Both the position numbers and the translations under genes were made by a program. Shown one piece after another: positions 13,541 to 26,095 of a stretch of DNA of 63,433 nucleotides (position 1 is its first letter; each line of letters starts with the position of its first letter). The notes under the pieces are model-generated. The model was not told where the DNA came from and did no database searches. It worked only from the letters and a program-made list of their open reading frames with translations. Origin of the DNA: Octopus bimaculoides. Lineage: Eukaryota. Location of the stretch: the NCBI RefSeq assembly GCF_001194135.2, contig NC_068999.1:17980925-18044357 (forward strand). Direction: 5' to 3'.

Positions 13541-13920
13541 CGGCACTCCGTCGCTTACGACGTCGAGGGTTCCAGTTGATCCGATGAACGGAACAGCCTG
13601 CTCATGAAATTAACGTGCAAATGGCTGAGCACTCCCCAGACACGTGTACCCCTAACGTGGTTCACGGGGATATTCAGCGTGACACAGAGTGTGACAAGGC
13701 TGACACTTTGAAGTACAGGCACACCAGAAACAGGAAGTAAGAATGAGAGAAAGTTGTGGTGAAAGAGTACATCAAGGTTCGCCACCACCCCCTGCCGGAG
13801 CCTCGTGGCGCTTTAGGTGTTTTCGCTCAATAAACACTCACAACACCCGGTCTGGGAATCGAAACCGCGATGTTATGACCACGAGTCCGCTGCCCTAACC
13901 ACTGGGTCATTGCGCCTCCA
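13541..13920 (-). mobile_element. Complete tRNA-derived SINE (family B) with ~15-bp TSD
   Basis: Minus head tggaggcgcaatgacccagtggttagggcagcggactcg...ggtttcgattccc carries A and B boxes; flanked by cttgcgtattttaat (13526-13540) and ctcgcgtattttaat (13921-13935). Confidence 0.9.
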
Positions 13921-15684
13921 CTCGCGTATTTTAATAACTTAAGAGTATTGATGAGAAACAGATTATTGTTGTATGTATGTATGTATGTATGTATGTATGA
14001 AGTACGTCAATAATACGGGCATTAAACTGTTATTTAGGATTTGTTAAGTATTGCTAACTATTTCTGCCTTATTTCACGTTTGGCATGATATAAAGTTGCA
14101 GGAGCTTAAAGTATACACCAAATATTTTCTGATTGTATTTTTATCATGCTTTGATTTCAATGTATAGAAACAATACAAGGAAAAAACAACTTTGTCATTA
14201 AGGTATTGTAAATCATAATCAATAAGAAGTAAAAGTTATTCCATATTTTTTTTTTATGATAACGATATAACAGACGCTTTCAGCGCATTATACAAACATA
14301 ACTATACACACACATATAGTAGGATAAATACGCATATGAATGTACGGTAAAAAAGTATAAAATCGTTTTCTTTCTCTCTACTTTTGTCCATATATATATA
14401 TATATANNNNNNNNNNNNNNNNNNNNNNNNNNNNNNNNNNNNNNNNNNNNNNNNNNNNNNNNNNNNNNNNNNNNNNNNNNNNNNNNNNNNNNNNNNNNNN
14501 NNNNNNNNNNNNNNNNNNNNNNNNNNNNNNNNNNNNNNNNNNNNNNNNNNNNNNNNNNNNNNNNNNNNNNNNNNNNNATATATGTACACATAGAAACACA
14601 TTTATGTCTGTATATATGTATGTATTATATACATACATGTAATCAATTATTAATGCTATTTCTTCAGTTAATACCATATTTTTTAAATATTAATATTTAT
14701 TATTGTAATCATTATTATTAGTATTAGTATTGTTGTTGTTGTCGTAGAAAAATCCATTCATCTTGTTTAACGGAATATATTTTTCAAAACATTCAATTAT
14801 ATATATATAAATGTATGTATGTATGTATGTACGTATATATGTACATACACACACACACACACATATTTAGATATATACATATATATTATTGCATGTATGT
14901 GTGTATACAAATCAGCAAATAAATATCACTTAGGCAAACACACACACACATGCAGGCATACACACGCACACACACACATATATATAATCTAAGAAGTAGA
15001 AAAAATATTTGTCAATTTGAGTGTAATCGACTAATATTGCAAAAAAAAAAAAATTACTGAAAACAGACTTAAAAAATATTTGAAAATGAATGTAGAAATA
15101 AAAATGAAAAATTGCAAGCAATACAATTTATAAATGAAAAATATAAAGAAATATATATATATTTAATAAGAACATATCATCATCATGCAGACACACACAC
15201 ACACGCACAAACAGAAGCGTATCACAATTTTCTTCAAATGTTGATATTAATTGTATTGCTTCCACGATGCCTATATGTCTAATCTGATCCACCGCATACA
15301 TCATGAAACTAAGGAAAAGAATAAACAATGTTTTCAGCCTATGTTTATATGTATTTGTGTGTGTGTGCTTCTGTGCGTGTGTGCGTCTGTGTCTCTGTGT
15401 ATATGTATGTGTGTATGTATACACAGTTCTTCACAAATGTGGGGATATACATTTAGATGCAGAGAAACACGAATGAAAGGACACACATATTTGAGTTTAA
15501 TTTTCAACGATACAAGAACATATTCACGACGAATGTCGTCGTGTTATTAGCAATTATACATACGCATATAAGCACACACACACACGCACGCGCGCACACA
15601 CACACACACACACTCTCACACGCATGCAGACATGCACGCATTTATACACCTATATATAGTATACACATGTATATATGAATAATG

Positions 15685-15811
<127 letters not shown>

Positions 15812-18191
15812 TACGTATATTTGCATATATTTATATGTAGATACGTAATTGTGTACACACCATAGAGAGACAGACAAACAAATAGCTAAGTGAATTTGAG
15901 TTATTTAAACAATATGGTATCAGGCCCATCGAATATATATTAAATGTGAGTGGAATTGAGATCAGAGTAAATAAAAGTTTGAATTACATATGAAGAGCTA
16001 TTCATGCTAAAATGCTGATATATGTGGCTTTTCGTAATGGAGTAATTCTTAGTAATGTTGCTATGGTTATTGATATGTTTTTATTTGATGTCAATTAAAG
16101 TTTGCTATGTTATAATAGATTACTTACTATTTTCTGTTTCTTTTACCTCACTTGTCAAATGTTTTAGTGTTCGAAAATATATTAAAATGTAACATAATCA
16201 CATAATCATGAATAGAAGTTTGAGACATACGTAATTGACTTCTATGTGGGCCACCCAATTTAAAATAAAATAGCCTCTATATAGAGACTCATGTATTGAA
16301 ATGCACACTAACACACACACACCCACACACGCACACATATATATATATACACACAGATACACACACAATTTACGTACAGCACCGCACACGCACTTACAAC
16401 ACATATTGTATATGTATACAATATGTAATGAATTTTTTATATGAAAATATTTTATTTATGCCGAAGAATGTTGCATATATATATATATATATATATATAT
16501 ANNNNNNNNNNNNNNNNNNNNNNNNNNNNNNNNNNNNNNNNNNNNNNNNNNNNNNNNNNNNNNNNNNNNNNNNNNNNNNNNNNNNNNNNNNNNNNNNNNN
16601 NNNNNNNNNNNNNNNNNNNNNNNNNNNNNNNNNNNNNNNNNNNNNNNNNNNNNNNNNNNNNNNNNNNNNNNNNNNNNNNNNNNNNNNNNNNNNNNNNNNN
16701 NNNNNNNNNNNNNNNNNNNNNNNNNNNNNNNNNNNNNNNNNNNNNNNNNNNNNNNNNNNNNNNNNNNNNNNNNNNNNNNNNNNNNNNNNNNNNNNNNNNN
16801 NNNNNNNNNNNNNNNNNNNNNNNNNNNNNNNNNNNNNNNNNNNNNNNNNNNNNNNNNNNNNNNNNNNNNNNNNNNNNNNNNNNNNNNNNNNNNNNNNNNN
16901 NNNNNNNNNNNNNNNNNNNNNNNNNNNNNNNNNNNNNNNNNNNNNNNNNNNNNNNNNNNNNNNNNNNNNNNNNNNNNNNNNNNNNNNNNNNNNNNNNNNN
17001 NNNNNNNNNNNNNNNNNNNNNNNNNNNNNNNNNNNNNNNNNNNNNNNNNNNNNNNNNNNNNNNNNNNNNNNNNNNNNNNNNNNNNNNNNNNNNNNNNNNN
17101 NNNNNNNNNNNNNNNNNNNNNNNNNNNNNNNNNNNNNNNNNNNNNNNNNNNNNNNNNNNNNNNNNNNNNNNNNNNNNNNNNNNNNNNNNNNNNNNNNNNN
17201 NNNNNNNNNNNNNNNNNNNNNNNNNNNNNNNNNNCATGTATTGAAATGCACACTAACACACACACACCCACACACGCACACATATATATATATACACATA
17301 TGAATTTTTTGTATTTGTATTATATAATTATTGTATCCATGCTTACTTGTATCTTTTCGCTATTTTTGAATATAAATGTTGTGTTACAATGACAAGTGGA
17401 ATTGAAGTATTATATTTCTCATTGTTTATGTTCGAAAACTTGCAACTCAGCTGCACGTGAAAAACGAAATGTTTACTTCAAATCATAATCGCCTATCTTT
17501 ACCTTACCATAAAGCTTATAATTTTTTTGAAAATGGCGGCATCCATTTCAAAAATGAAATTTTTCCTGACGCCTTTACTATTTTTTGCAATTGTCTCGCG
17601 TTAGATATTTCACAGTGCGCAGCGTCGTCATAAATCAGTTATATTTCACAGATTAGTATTCAGAATATGTGTTCCGAATATATTTTGCCATAAACTTAGG
17701 CATTATCGGAGCCACACTAATGTTTCGCGACGCACACTTTGCTTATCTCTGCCTCAGTGTATTTTTAGTAATGATTAAAATGTATATTATTCGATACTAT
17801 TGAACTCAATCTCAGATGCAGCTGGAATAGCAGAATTGCATATGCAATAAATTTTCACTCAATCTGTGGTAAAACGATTAATAAAGCAAGCTAAAAAAAA
17901 ATTCGACTAAGAATATTAATATCCCGTAAGATTGAAAATAAGCGAACAATAATTATAAGGAAAATTATTTCGTTCTTAACCAAATAAAAACCTTAAAAAT
18001 ATACCTGCCTTAAAGATGTTCCTGATATAATTTTTTCTTGCAAATATTTTCACATTTTTCTTTTTCTGCTAATAAATTCTCCTATAACACAACCAGAAAA
18101 AATTGCATTTTCTTACAACACTACTTTTAAGGGTACGTGTGTGCATTTAATTTTGTTTAAACTCTCTTTTTGGTGGAAGGGTGAGGATTAT

Positions 18192-18609
18192 GAACCGGGT
18201 TGTGAATACGGTGACATAACGCTCAAAACTGTATTACGTCGGATGGTGTCTTTGGAGTAAGAATATTGTGAGTAATTTATTACTTTTCGCTTTCTTTTTT
18301 CTTTAGCCTTTGTAACTGAATTAAAAGAAACTTAGCATGTCGAACACGACCTCATATAATAGTATGACATTCTCAGTAGAAGTCGCCCGTGGTTAAACTA
18401 GATTTTTCCTCTTTCAAGTTTACTAAATAATTCCTGGCGATTTCCTGGTGAGAAAGAGAAAGAAAGAGAGATATTATTTTCCATTATAGTTATCTCAAAA
18501 AGAAGGAAAGTATCTAAAATGGAGTGCAACATTAAATATTATGAGACAATTGATTATCCCCATTAATTACAATTTTCAGCGTTATGTCACCGAATTCACA
18601 ACCCGGTTC
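18192..18609. mobile_element. MITE-like element, 418 bp, 42-bp TIRs
   Basis: 18192-18233 versus RC of 18568-18609 match at 39/42 positions; non-coding interior; no clear TSD. Confidence 0.7.
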
Positions 18610-20349
18610 CTGAATTGGACCCTTCCATTCAAAAAAATAGATTTTTAGACAAAATTGAATTGGGAGAGGATGTTCTCGATTTAGAAAACTTTTGTGAAAC
18701 TATCTTTTATCAATTCCCTACTTACCTAAATCCCGTGGTTGTAACTTCTATTAACTATATGCGTATCTGGTATGAACTGTTGAGACAAAATTATTACAAA
18801 TGTTTTCGGTATTTGTATTTAAATTGTTTTAAACCCCTATGTACGCATTATCTTATAGCCACTAGTTTTTATATTGTGTGTTCAAAAACCTGGGCAGTTA
18901 AGAGTTCATCCCTCCATAGATGATAAAATAAAGAACTGGTCATTGCTGGAACGATAGTAGAGATTATTTCTTTCTCCACCAAATATTTAGCCTGGTACAT
19001 TAATTGGAAATAACTATAGAACCCTACACGTGGATTGATGATTTTGGTATACAAATTAATATAGAGATTATGTATTTATCTAGAGTAAGACAACTAATAA
19101 ATACTATTGTTATATACTGTTCTAATGATTTAATTATGCAGTTATACATATTGTCCTTGTTGCTAATACTGGAATTAATAATCATACATATCAGTCTTTT
19201 GTAGGATATTTATCTTTTTAATTAAAAAAATGTACATTTGCGCAATCATCTTATATAATATTCTATGTTAATATTATTTACTATATTTTAATGTGACAGC
19301 TCACGGAAACAAATTAAAATCTCCTGTTCGGCTAATTTCCATTTTTCTCTGACAGCACAAACGTCATTAAATGACCAGAAGATATTGGATGGGAAGTGTC
19401 AAAGGAATACACGAAAAATAAACAAGCCAGACGGAAATGGAATCATAAACTTGTAAATTTAAAATAAAATCTATTTAATATCAGCAAATGTAAATAATTT
19501 TTATGAGACTAATTAACAGAGAAAGGAAAAGCAGAGAAACAACGATACACGGGTGTGTTGGAAAACTAAAATTAAGTCTGTATTTTTTTTCTTTTTGAAA
19601 TGACAAAGATTCCGATCAAAGATGATAAATATAACGTGATATATTTATATAGCAGTTTACCTACAAACACTTCTTAATTAATGGATACTAGTGGAGTAAA
19701 TTGAATTTGATCCCTTAGATAGTTTTAGTGAAATATACTCAATTCATTTGAGATCTACAAATGGTAGGTTCAATTGCTTTCCTTTAGGGAAAGATGAAAC
19801 ATCGACCATTTATCGTATAAAATTATAGCGATTGAGAATGTAGAATTCATATCGTAATATTTACAGGCGTTCTTTCCTAAATAAAAGCAAGTTTTATCGA
19901 GTCTCTTCGAGTAAGGAACTATTGTAGAATAATTGCCTATAAGGATTATTTCTCTTTAGTAGTTAAAAAAGAAATTGTGAATCCCAATTCTGCAGTTAAC
20001 TGTTATGCCGTTTAGTACTATTACAAGCATAACTAAAATCTCAGGCATCCGTATTATGAGAAATTATTTTCCTTAATTCCATCACATAGACGCTATCCTC
20101 TCTGATCTGCCAGATTGCTTTTTGTCTTGCCCTCCCCAAGGTAAGAAAATAGGATTGTTTGCAAATTATCAGAAGAATGTGGAGTTTAGATGCTGTGTAA
20201 AATTTCCACATCATTAAATTTGCATAGCATGAAGCGGCTGCTACGATATAACACATATAGAATGAAAAGGCAAATAATTTCAATGAAATTATGTGGAAAT
20301 TAGATGAATTGAATAGCAATCCATTCTTATAGCCATATAAACTTATTTG

Positions 20350-20730
20350 ACTCTTTTTTACTAACTTCAGTGATTAGAAGCCGGCCATGCTAGAGCGCTA
20401 CCTTACAGAAGTTTTTAATCGAACGAATCGACACCAGGAATTTTAAGCCTGCTACATATTCTATCTTCCCTTTTACCGAACCTCTAATTGCAGGGAAGTC
20501 AACACAACAATGCCTGTTGGCAAGTGGCAGTGGGGACAAACATAGACACAAAGACACATACACAGATATATGTATCCGATAGGTTTCTCTCAGTTTCCGT
20601 CTACCAAATCCAATCACAAGGTTTTGGTTGGTCAAAATATATAATAGAAGACACCTGCCCAACGTACTACGCAGTAGAACTGAACTCGGAACCATGAAGT
20701 TGAGACGGAAGCTTCTTACCTCACAGCCAC
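20350..20730 (-). mobile_element. Full-length family A SINE with short internal microsatellite
   Basis: Same head, CORE-like segment, (CA)-type linker and 3' body as 8141-8760. Confidence 0.85.
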
Positions 20731-23324
20731 GCATGTACCTATTGTTTATGTTTTCATGAAAACCATAAATCTCAATTTTTTTCTCTTAATGATATCCGAC
20801 AACCAGTTATCAATGTTTTGCAATAAACAAGAAATACTAAGTAAATAAGGATTTTAAAATGTTAATGGATATGGAAAAGAATTATAATCGCTCTTTCTTA
20901 GTTGAAAATAAATGCACAATGGTAGTTAAATTTTCTTTTCTTCCAATTTGTAATCAAGTCACTTGAGGCTCTCGATCACAACTGATCCTTTCACAGACAC
21001 TTGAAATGAAAATCTGATATTTTGAAAGTGTCATCAATTGGTTTCTAGCAATATACAGAAATATTTGATGTCTGCGACTTCAATTCGTTATTGCAGCTCC
21101 AACAACTCAGTATCAAAGATACGAACATTATCTTCTGAATTTATATTCAATATAAAAGCACCATATCTCTGAACTCGTAGGAATCTTCAAGTATGTACGA
21201 AGTCATTTCTATCGGGATTATAAGCTTGCACGTTCAAGAATACGTTTACATGGAGACATTCACCGAAATTGAAACTGAATAATTTACTTTTGCTTTGTCT
21301 TTCCAGTCGCTTTTAATGTTGTTATTGTTGCTGTCGCGGCTGATACGTCCAGTAGTCATTAGGGAAGTAAAATAACCAAATAGTTTTTTGAAATATAAAC
21401 ATATCGGCACGTTATGAGTATCTATGATGTTCAATTATGGATCATATTTTTAAGGCAGAATAGAAAATGTTTTGAGGTGCATGTTGGCTGCTTATTCTAG
21501 AATTGGAACTGCGATAGAGCTATGGAAGCAGAGTAAATGATTTCTATGGTAAAGTAAGAAAATTATATGAAATTAATGTTTCATTCAAATTCAGCTTAAT
21601 ATAATAGAGAAAAAAATATTTCCTTATAAATTTTATGTGACAATCTTTATAAGTGCAATCTAAATTTCGAAAGCTATTCACCCTTGAGGAAAATTATGTT
21701 TCTGTGTCTAGCCACACTCAATCTTTGATACAACAGATGTATATATAAACAGTAGGAGTATCAAATATTGAGTAAGATATGTGGTCTTTCTTTTATAAAA
21801 CGATGTGAAAGCTGATTTGGGCACATCGTTTTCATTATAGACGCTTCTTCTGTACTTTTAGGATGACTGCCATAGCACAGGTAGATTTTAAACAGATGTT
21901 AGTACATGTGACATTGAGTGGAGCAGGTTAGCTGAAACTTTTTTACTGGATTTTCTTGCTATTTGTTAACGTCAATAATATCTGATAAAGCGAATGTGTA
22001 AATTATTCATTCCCAATATGAACTTACTGTATATTTTATATATTATTGGTGACGTATATTTATATATATATATATATATATATGAACAAAGAGAGAGTAA
22101 TATGTTATCGAATATACATTTTATTTATCATTTATAAGAGATTAAGTGCATGAAAGTAAGGGGATTTGGCTGTATATTCTATCAGGTCCCGCGAACAAAT
22201 GAAGACGCCACCCGGTCTCATAACAGAGCGATGTATTTCATTTAACCCACAAGAAGCCTGATTAAAGTTATTTAAAGTCGAAATTTTCAATTCATTAAAA
22301 ATTTCAGTTTCTTCTATCGTCATGTAAATAACGCTATATTAACGCCCCTAGTCTTAAGCAACATGAAGTTTAAGACCATAAAGTAAAATCGAAAAGATAT
22401 ATATTTTATTTTTCTCTCAGGTTGAGCGATCACCTAGAGGCTCGAGAAAGACTGTTCTTCATTCCTTATTCTTTATAGCAAAACATTCTTAATTGCTTAA
22501 AATAGTGAATTAAAATGACTAAACATAATTTAATTACGCATTTCAATTACAGAAATTCATATTTTCCTAAATTTAAGTGACTTGAAGTATGTATTCTCAA
22601 CCTGCTAATGGAGTTCCTAGATATGTCACGAAATCATTCGTGTTCTCATTGACTACCAGCATTTTTAAATGCATCACTTGATGAAATGTGGTGATTTGTC
22701 ACATTCTATATTATAAAAAAAAAATAGGAGATCGCCAAAATTGTATTTATTGGTCAGTTTTTTTGATACCTAGCTATTGAAAGAGGTGGGTTTTTTTTTC
22801 TGTGAGATTTAAATTCGTGATTATTCAAAAAGACAATTTACTTTATCGAATGTATGTTTTTCCTTCCTTTTTTTGTTTTTGTTGTGACAGTTCTCATGTC
22901 CAAAATTTGGTTCGGAAAGTTATTAAAAGCGTGCATCTATACTTTTAAGAATATGTGTGTAAGAGAATCTGTATCTATAGTGTGTTGCTTGTTTAAGTGA
23001 ATTGTTCGACACAAGCACATGATGCACGTACACACACACACGCACGCACACACACACACGCACGCGCACACGCAAACAAACATACACACACATATATTTC
23101 TAGAGTTTGGTAATGGGACAACTGTCATTTATCCGTTCTCTCGTAAGATATTTAAGGAATTATTAAATCTATCGTGATAAGTACTCGCAAAAATACAGAC
23201 CTAATGCAAGATAACTAACGTCGTTGTGTAATCTCGTATATTTACACTTCCGTGTGACACGCTTCTGAAGTTCTGAAAATCTCTTCGTCTGTAATCATTG
23301 TCCGTCTTGTTAACCCATAAATAC

Positions 23325-23355
<31 letters not shown>

Positions 23356-24149
23356 NNNNNNNNNNNNNNNNNNNNNNNNNNNNNNNNNNNNNNNNNNNNN
23401 NNNNNNNNNNNNNNNNNNNNNNNNNNNNNNNNNNNNNNNNNNNNNNNNNNNNNNNNNNNNNNNNNNNNNNNNNNNNNNNNNNNNNNNNNNNNNNNNNNNN
23501 NNNNNNNNNNNNNNNNNNNNNNNNNNNNNNNNNNNNNNNNNNNNNNNNNNNNNNNNNNNNNNNNNNNNNNNNNNNNNNNNNNNNNNNNNNNNNNNNNNNN
23601 NNNNNNNNNNNNNNNNNNNNNNNNNNNNNNNNNNNNNNNNNNNNNNNNNNNNNNNNNNNNNNNNNNNNNNNNNNNNNNNNNNNNNNNNNNNNNNNNNNNN
23701 NNNNNNNNNNNNNNNNNNNNNNNNNNNNNNNNNNNNNNNNNNNNNNNNNNNNNNNNNNNNNNNNNNNNNNNNNNNNNNNNNNNNNNNNNNNNNNNNNNNN
23801 NNNNNNNNNNNNNNNNNNNNNNNNNNNNNNNNNNNNNNNNNNNNNNNNNNNNNNNNNNNNNNNNNNNNNNNNNNNNNNNNNNNNNNNNNNNNNNNNNNNN
23901 NNNNNNNNNNNNNNNNNNNNNNNNNNNNNNNNNNNNNNNNNNNNNNNNNNNNNNNNNNNNNNNNNNNNNNNNNNNNNNNNNNNNNNNNNNNNNNNNNNNN
24001 NNNNNNNNNNNNNNNNNNNNNNNNNNNNNNNNNNNNNNNNNNNNNNNNNNNNNNNNNNNNNNNNNNNNNNNNNNNNNNNNNNNNNNNNNNNNNNNNNNNN
24101 NNNNNNNNNNNNNNNNNTATATATATATATATATATATCCAAAGACACA

Positions 24150-24405
24150 CACACGGGTGGAAAGTCAACAATTATCGCACTTCCCCATAACGTATCTTTA
24201 TCAATGTCCTACTACCTACTGCGCATGCGAGCTTATAATTTGTACAATTGTGGTCGGGTGGTCGAAATCTGACCCTGATCACGCCATTTTCTTTCAGCCT
24301 TAGCAACGTGCACCAGAGAAGAATAGAGGGCAGTGATATGATTTCTCTGATGAGACATTGTTATGTGACAGGTGCGGAAATTCATCAACGTCTTCTGGCA
24401 CAATT
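24150..24405 (+). mobile_element. mariner 5' end with transposase N-terminal remnant
   Basis: TIR-like acacgggtggaaagtcaacaattatcgcac; reads LATCTREE*RAVI*FL...VTGAEIHQRLLAQF, resembling the mariner N-terminus CTKEEQRSVIRFL...GAEIHRRL. Confidence 0.7.
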
Positions 24406-24960
24406 TGTTAATGGTTTCATCGGTGTGGGTGACCATGTGTTGGCTTTAATTGTCATGCTACAAGAACATTTCCTTTGACAATAGGCTTCGACACTTGGTG
24501 CAAATTGCTAGCTTCAGCTTGTTTGCCAGTAAATCACAGTAACTCGCTCTGTTGATCGTAAACCCCTTTTCCCGGTAGTCTACCAGTATAGGCTTGTTCG
24601 AGTCCCAAAGAAGCTTTAGCATCACTTTTGCTACGGAAGACTGAGTCTTAAATTTCTTCGTCGTTTGTAAGCCAGGATATTCCCACACCATACTCTGTAC
24701 TTTGGATTCCGCCTCATAATGATAGACCCACGTTTCATCTCCTATGAATATTCTGCTCAAAAATTCGTGTAGAGATATCGAACAAACGTTGCGCTTGTGC
24801 TCTGCACCAAGCTCTCTTGGCACCCATTTTGGAGAAGGAAACATTGCGCGATCAGGCTCAAACTTTGATCACGTGATGACAATAGTACTTACTAAAAGCT
24901 CGCATGGGCAGTAGGCAGTGAGACGATAGGATATGTTACAGCGAAAGTGCGGATAACGAA
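24400..24960 (-). mobile_element. mariner (DD34D) transposase fragment with 5' end and internal deletion
   Basis: WVPREL...GDETWVYHYEAESKVQSMVW...KKFKTQSSVAKVML...WDS...TIN...YCDLL...HDN; truncated before the YSPDL motif. Confidence 0.92.
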
Positions 24961-25339
24961 TAAATTGCAGAGAAAACAGCACAATGCAGACATATATGTA
25001 GATATATGATATACTCTCTATAGGTTCATACACAAAAAGCACGATTGAAACAAAGAAAAGCTCGAAACAATATTTGTTTTTATATATATATAAACAGGAG
25101 AGAAGCCAATTAGCAAAATTTAATTATTCTTACAACATGAAAATGCAAATACTAAAAATTCAAAACCTTGACTAATTCATTATAAATATCGATTTATCTA
25201 CTATTTTCAGCAATATTTTTAAATATTAGAAATTGTAGACGTAATTGGACTATTTCTCAATTACTAATATACTTCCGGTATCTGTGACTGCACACAGTCA
25301 TTTTTAATAGTCCATGTATCTATTTGCCTCTCACTCTTT

Positions 25340-25372
<33 letters not shown>

Positions 25373-25604
25373 ATCTCCCAAAACAAACCCAGCAAGAAAA
25401 ATCAACAACGCGAGTATGTTTTACATGGAAAGTATTAGAGGATTTTCATGGAAGGAAAGCAAGGTAGTTTTACATTTCGAGCAGAGCTCTTCGTTAGTTA
25501 CAGGAGACGGAGGAAAGTCCAAGAGAAAACGGAGACGGTGGAAAAATATATCGCCAATGATCCACATATGTGTGGATACAGAGAGCGAAAGTGAGAGAGA
25601 TACA

Positions 25605-25850
25605 TATATATGTCGCTCTCTCTCTCTCGATCTCTCTCTCTCGCTCTCTCTCTCTCGCTCTCTATCCCTCACTCTCTCCCTCGCCTTCTCTCCCTCGCTC
25701 TCTCTCCCTCGCTCTCTCTATCTCACTCTCTCTATCTCACTCTCTCTCTCTGTATGCACATGCACACATATAAATTTATCCACACGGACACACAGAGACA
25801 CACAGAGACACACAGACACCCACGCACACACACACACACACATTCACACT

Positions 25851-25882
<32 letters not shown>
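25605..25882. repeat. (CT)n-rich tract followed by (CA)n
   Basis: Directly visible. Confidence 0.95.
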
Positions 25883-26061
25883 TATAAAAAAAAGAAATAA
25901 CCCTGGAGATATGATGATGATGATGATGTTATGNNNNNNNNNNNNNNNNNNNNNNNNNNNNNNNNNNNNNNNNNNNNNNNNNNNNNNNNNNNNNNNNNNN
26001 NNNNNNNNNNNNNNNNNNNNNNNNNNNNNNNNNNNNNNNNNNNNNNNNNNNNNNNNNNNNN

Positions 26062-26095
<34 letters not shown>

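Noticed and set aside
13840-13920. tRNA-like sequence (also at 28627 and other SINE heads)
   Set aside because: These are SINE heads: no complete acceptor stem, and they continue into SINE bodies
18726-18776. Minus-strand 51-nt segment with very good acceptor and donor
   Set aside because: All three frames contain a stop; at best a non-coding exon, with no supporting evidence
19356-19456. Plus-strand acceptor followed by QTSLNDQKILDGKCQ...INL* and AATAAA
   Set aside because: No homology recognised; phase-incompatible with the 20090 candidate; such signals are common in AT-rich DNA
22132-22323. Minus ORF containing EIHRSVMRPGGVFIC, reminiscent of a SAM-methyltransferase motif
   Set aside because: Single short motif, no motif I or other exons found, no donor site
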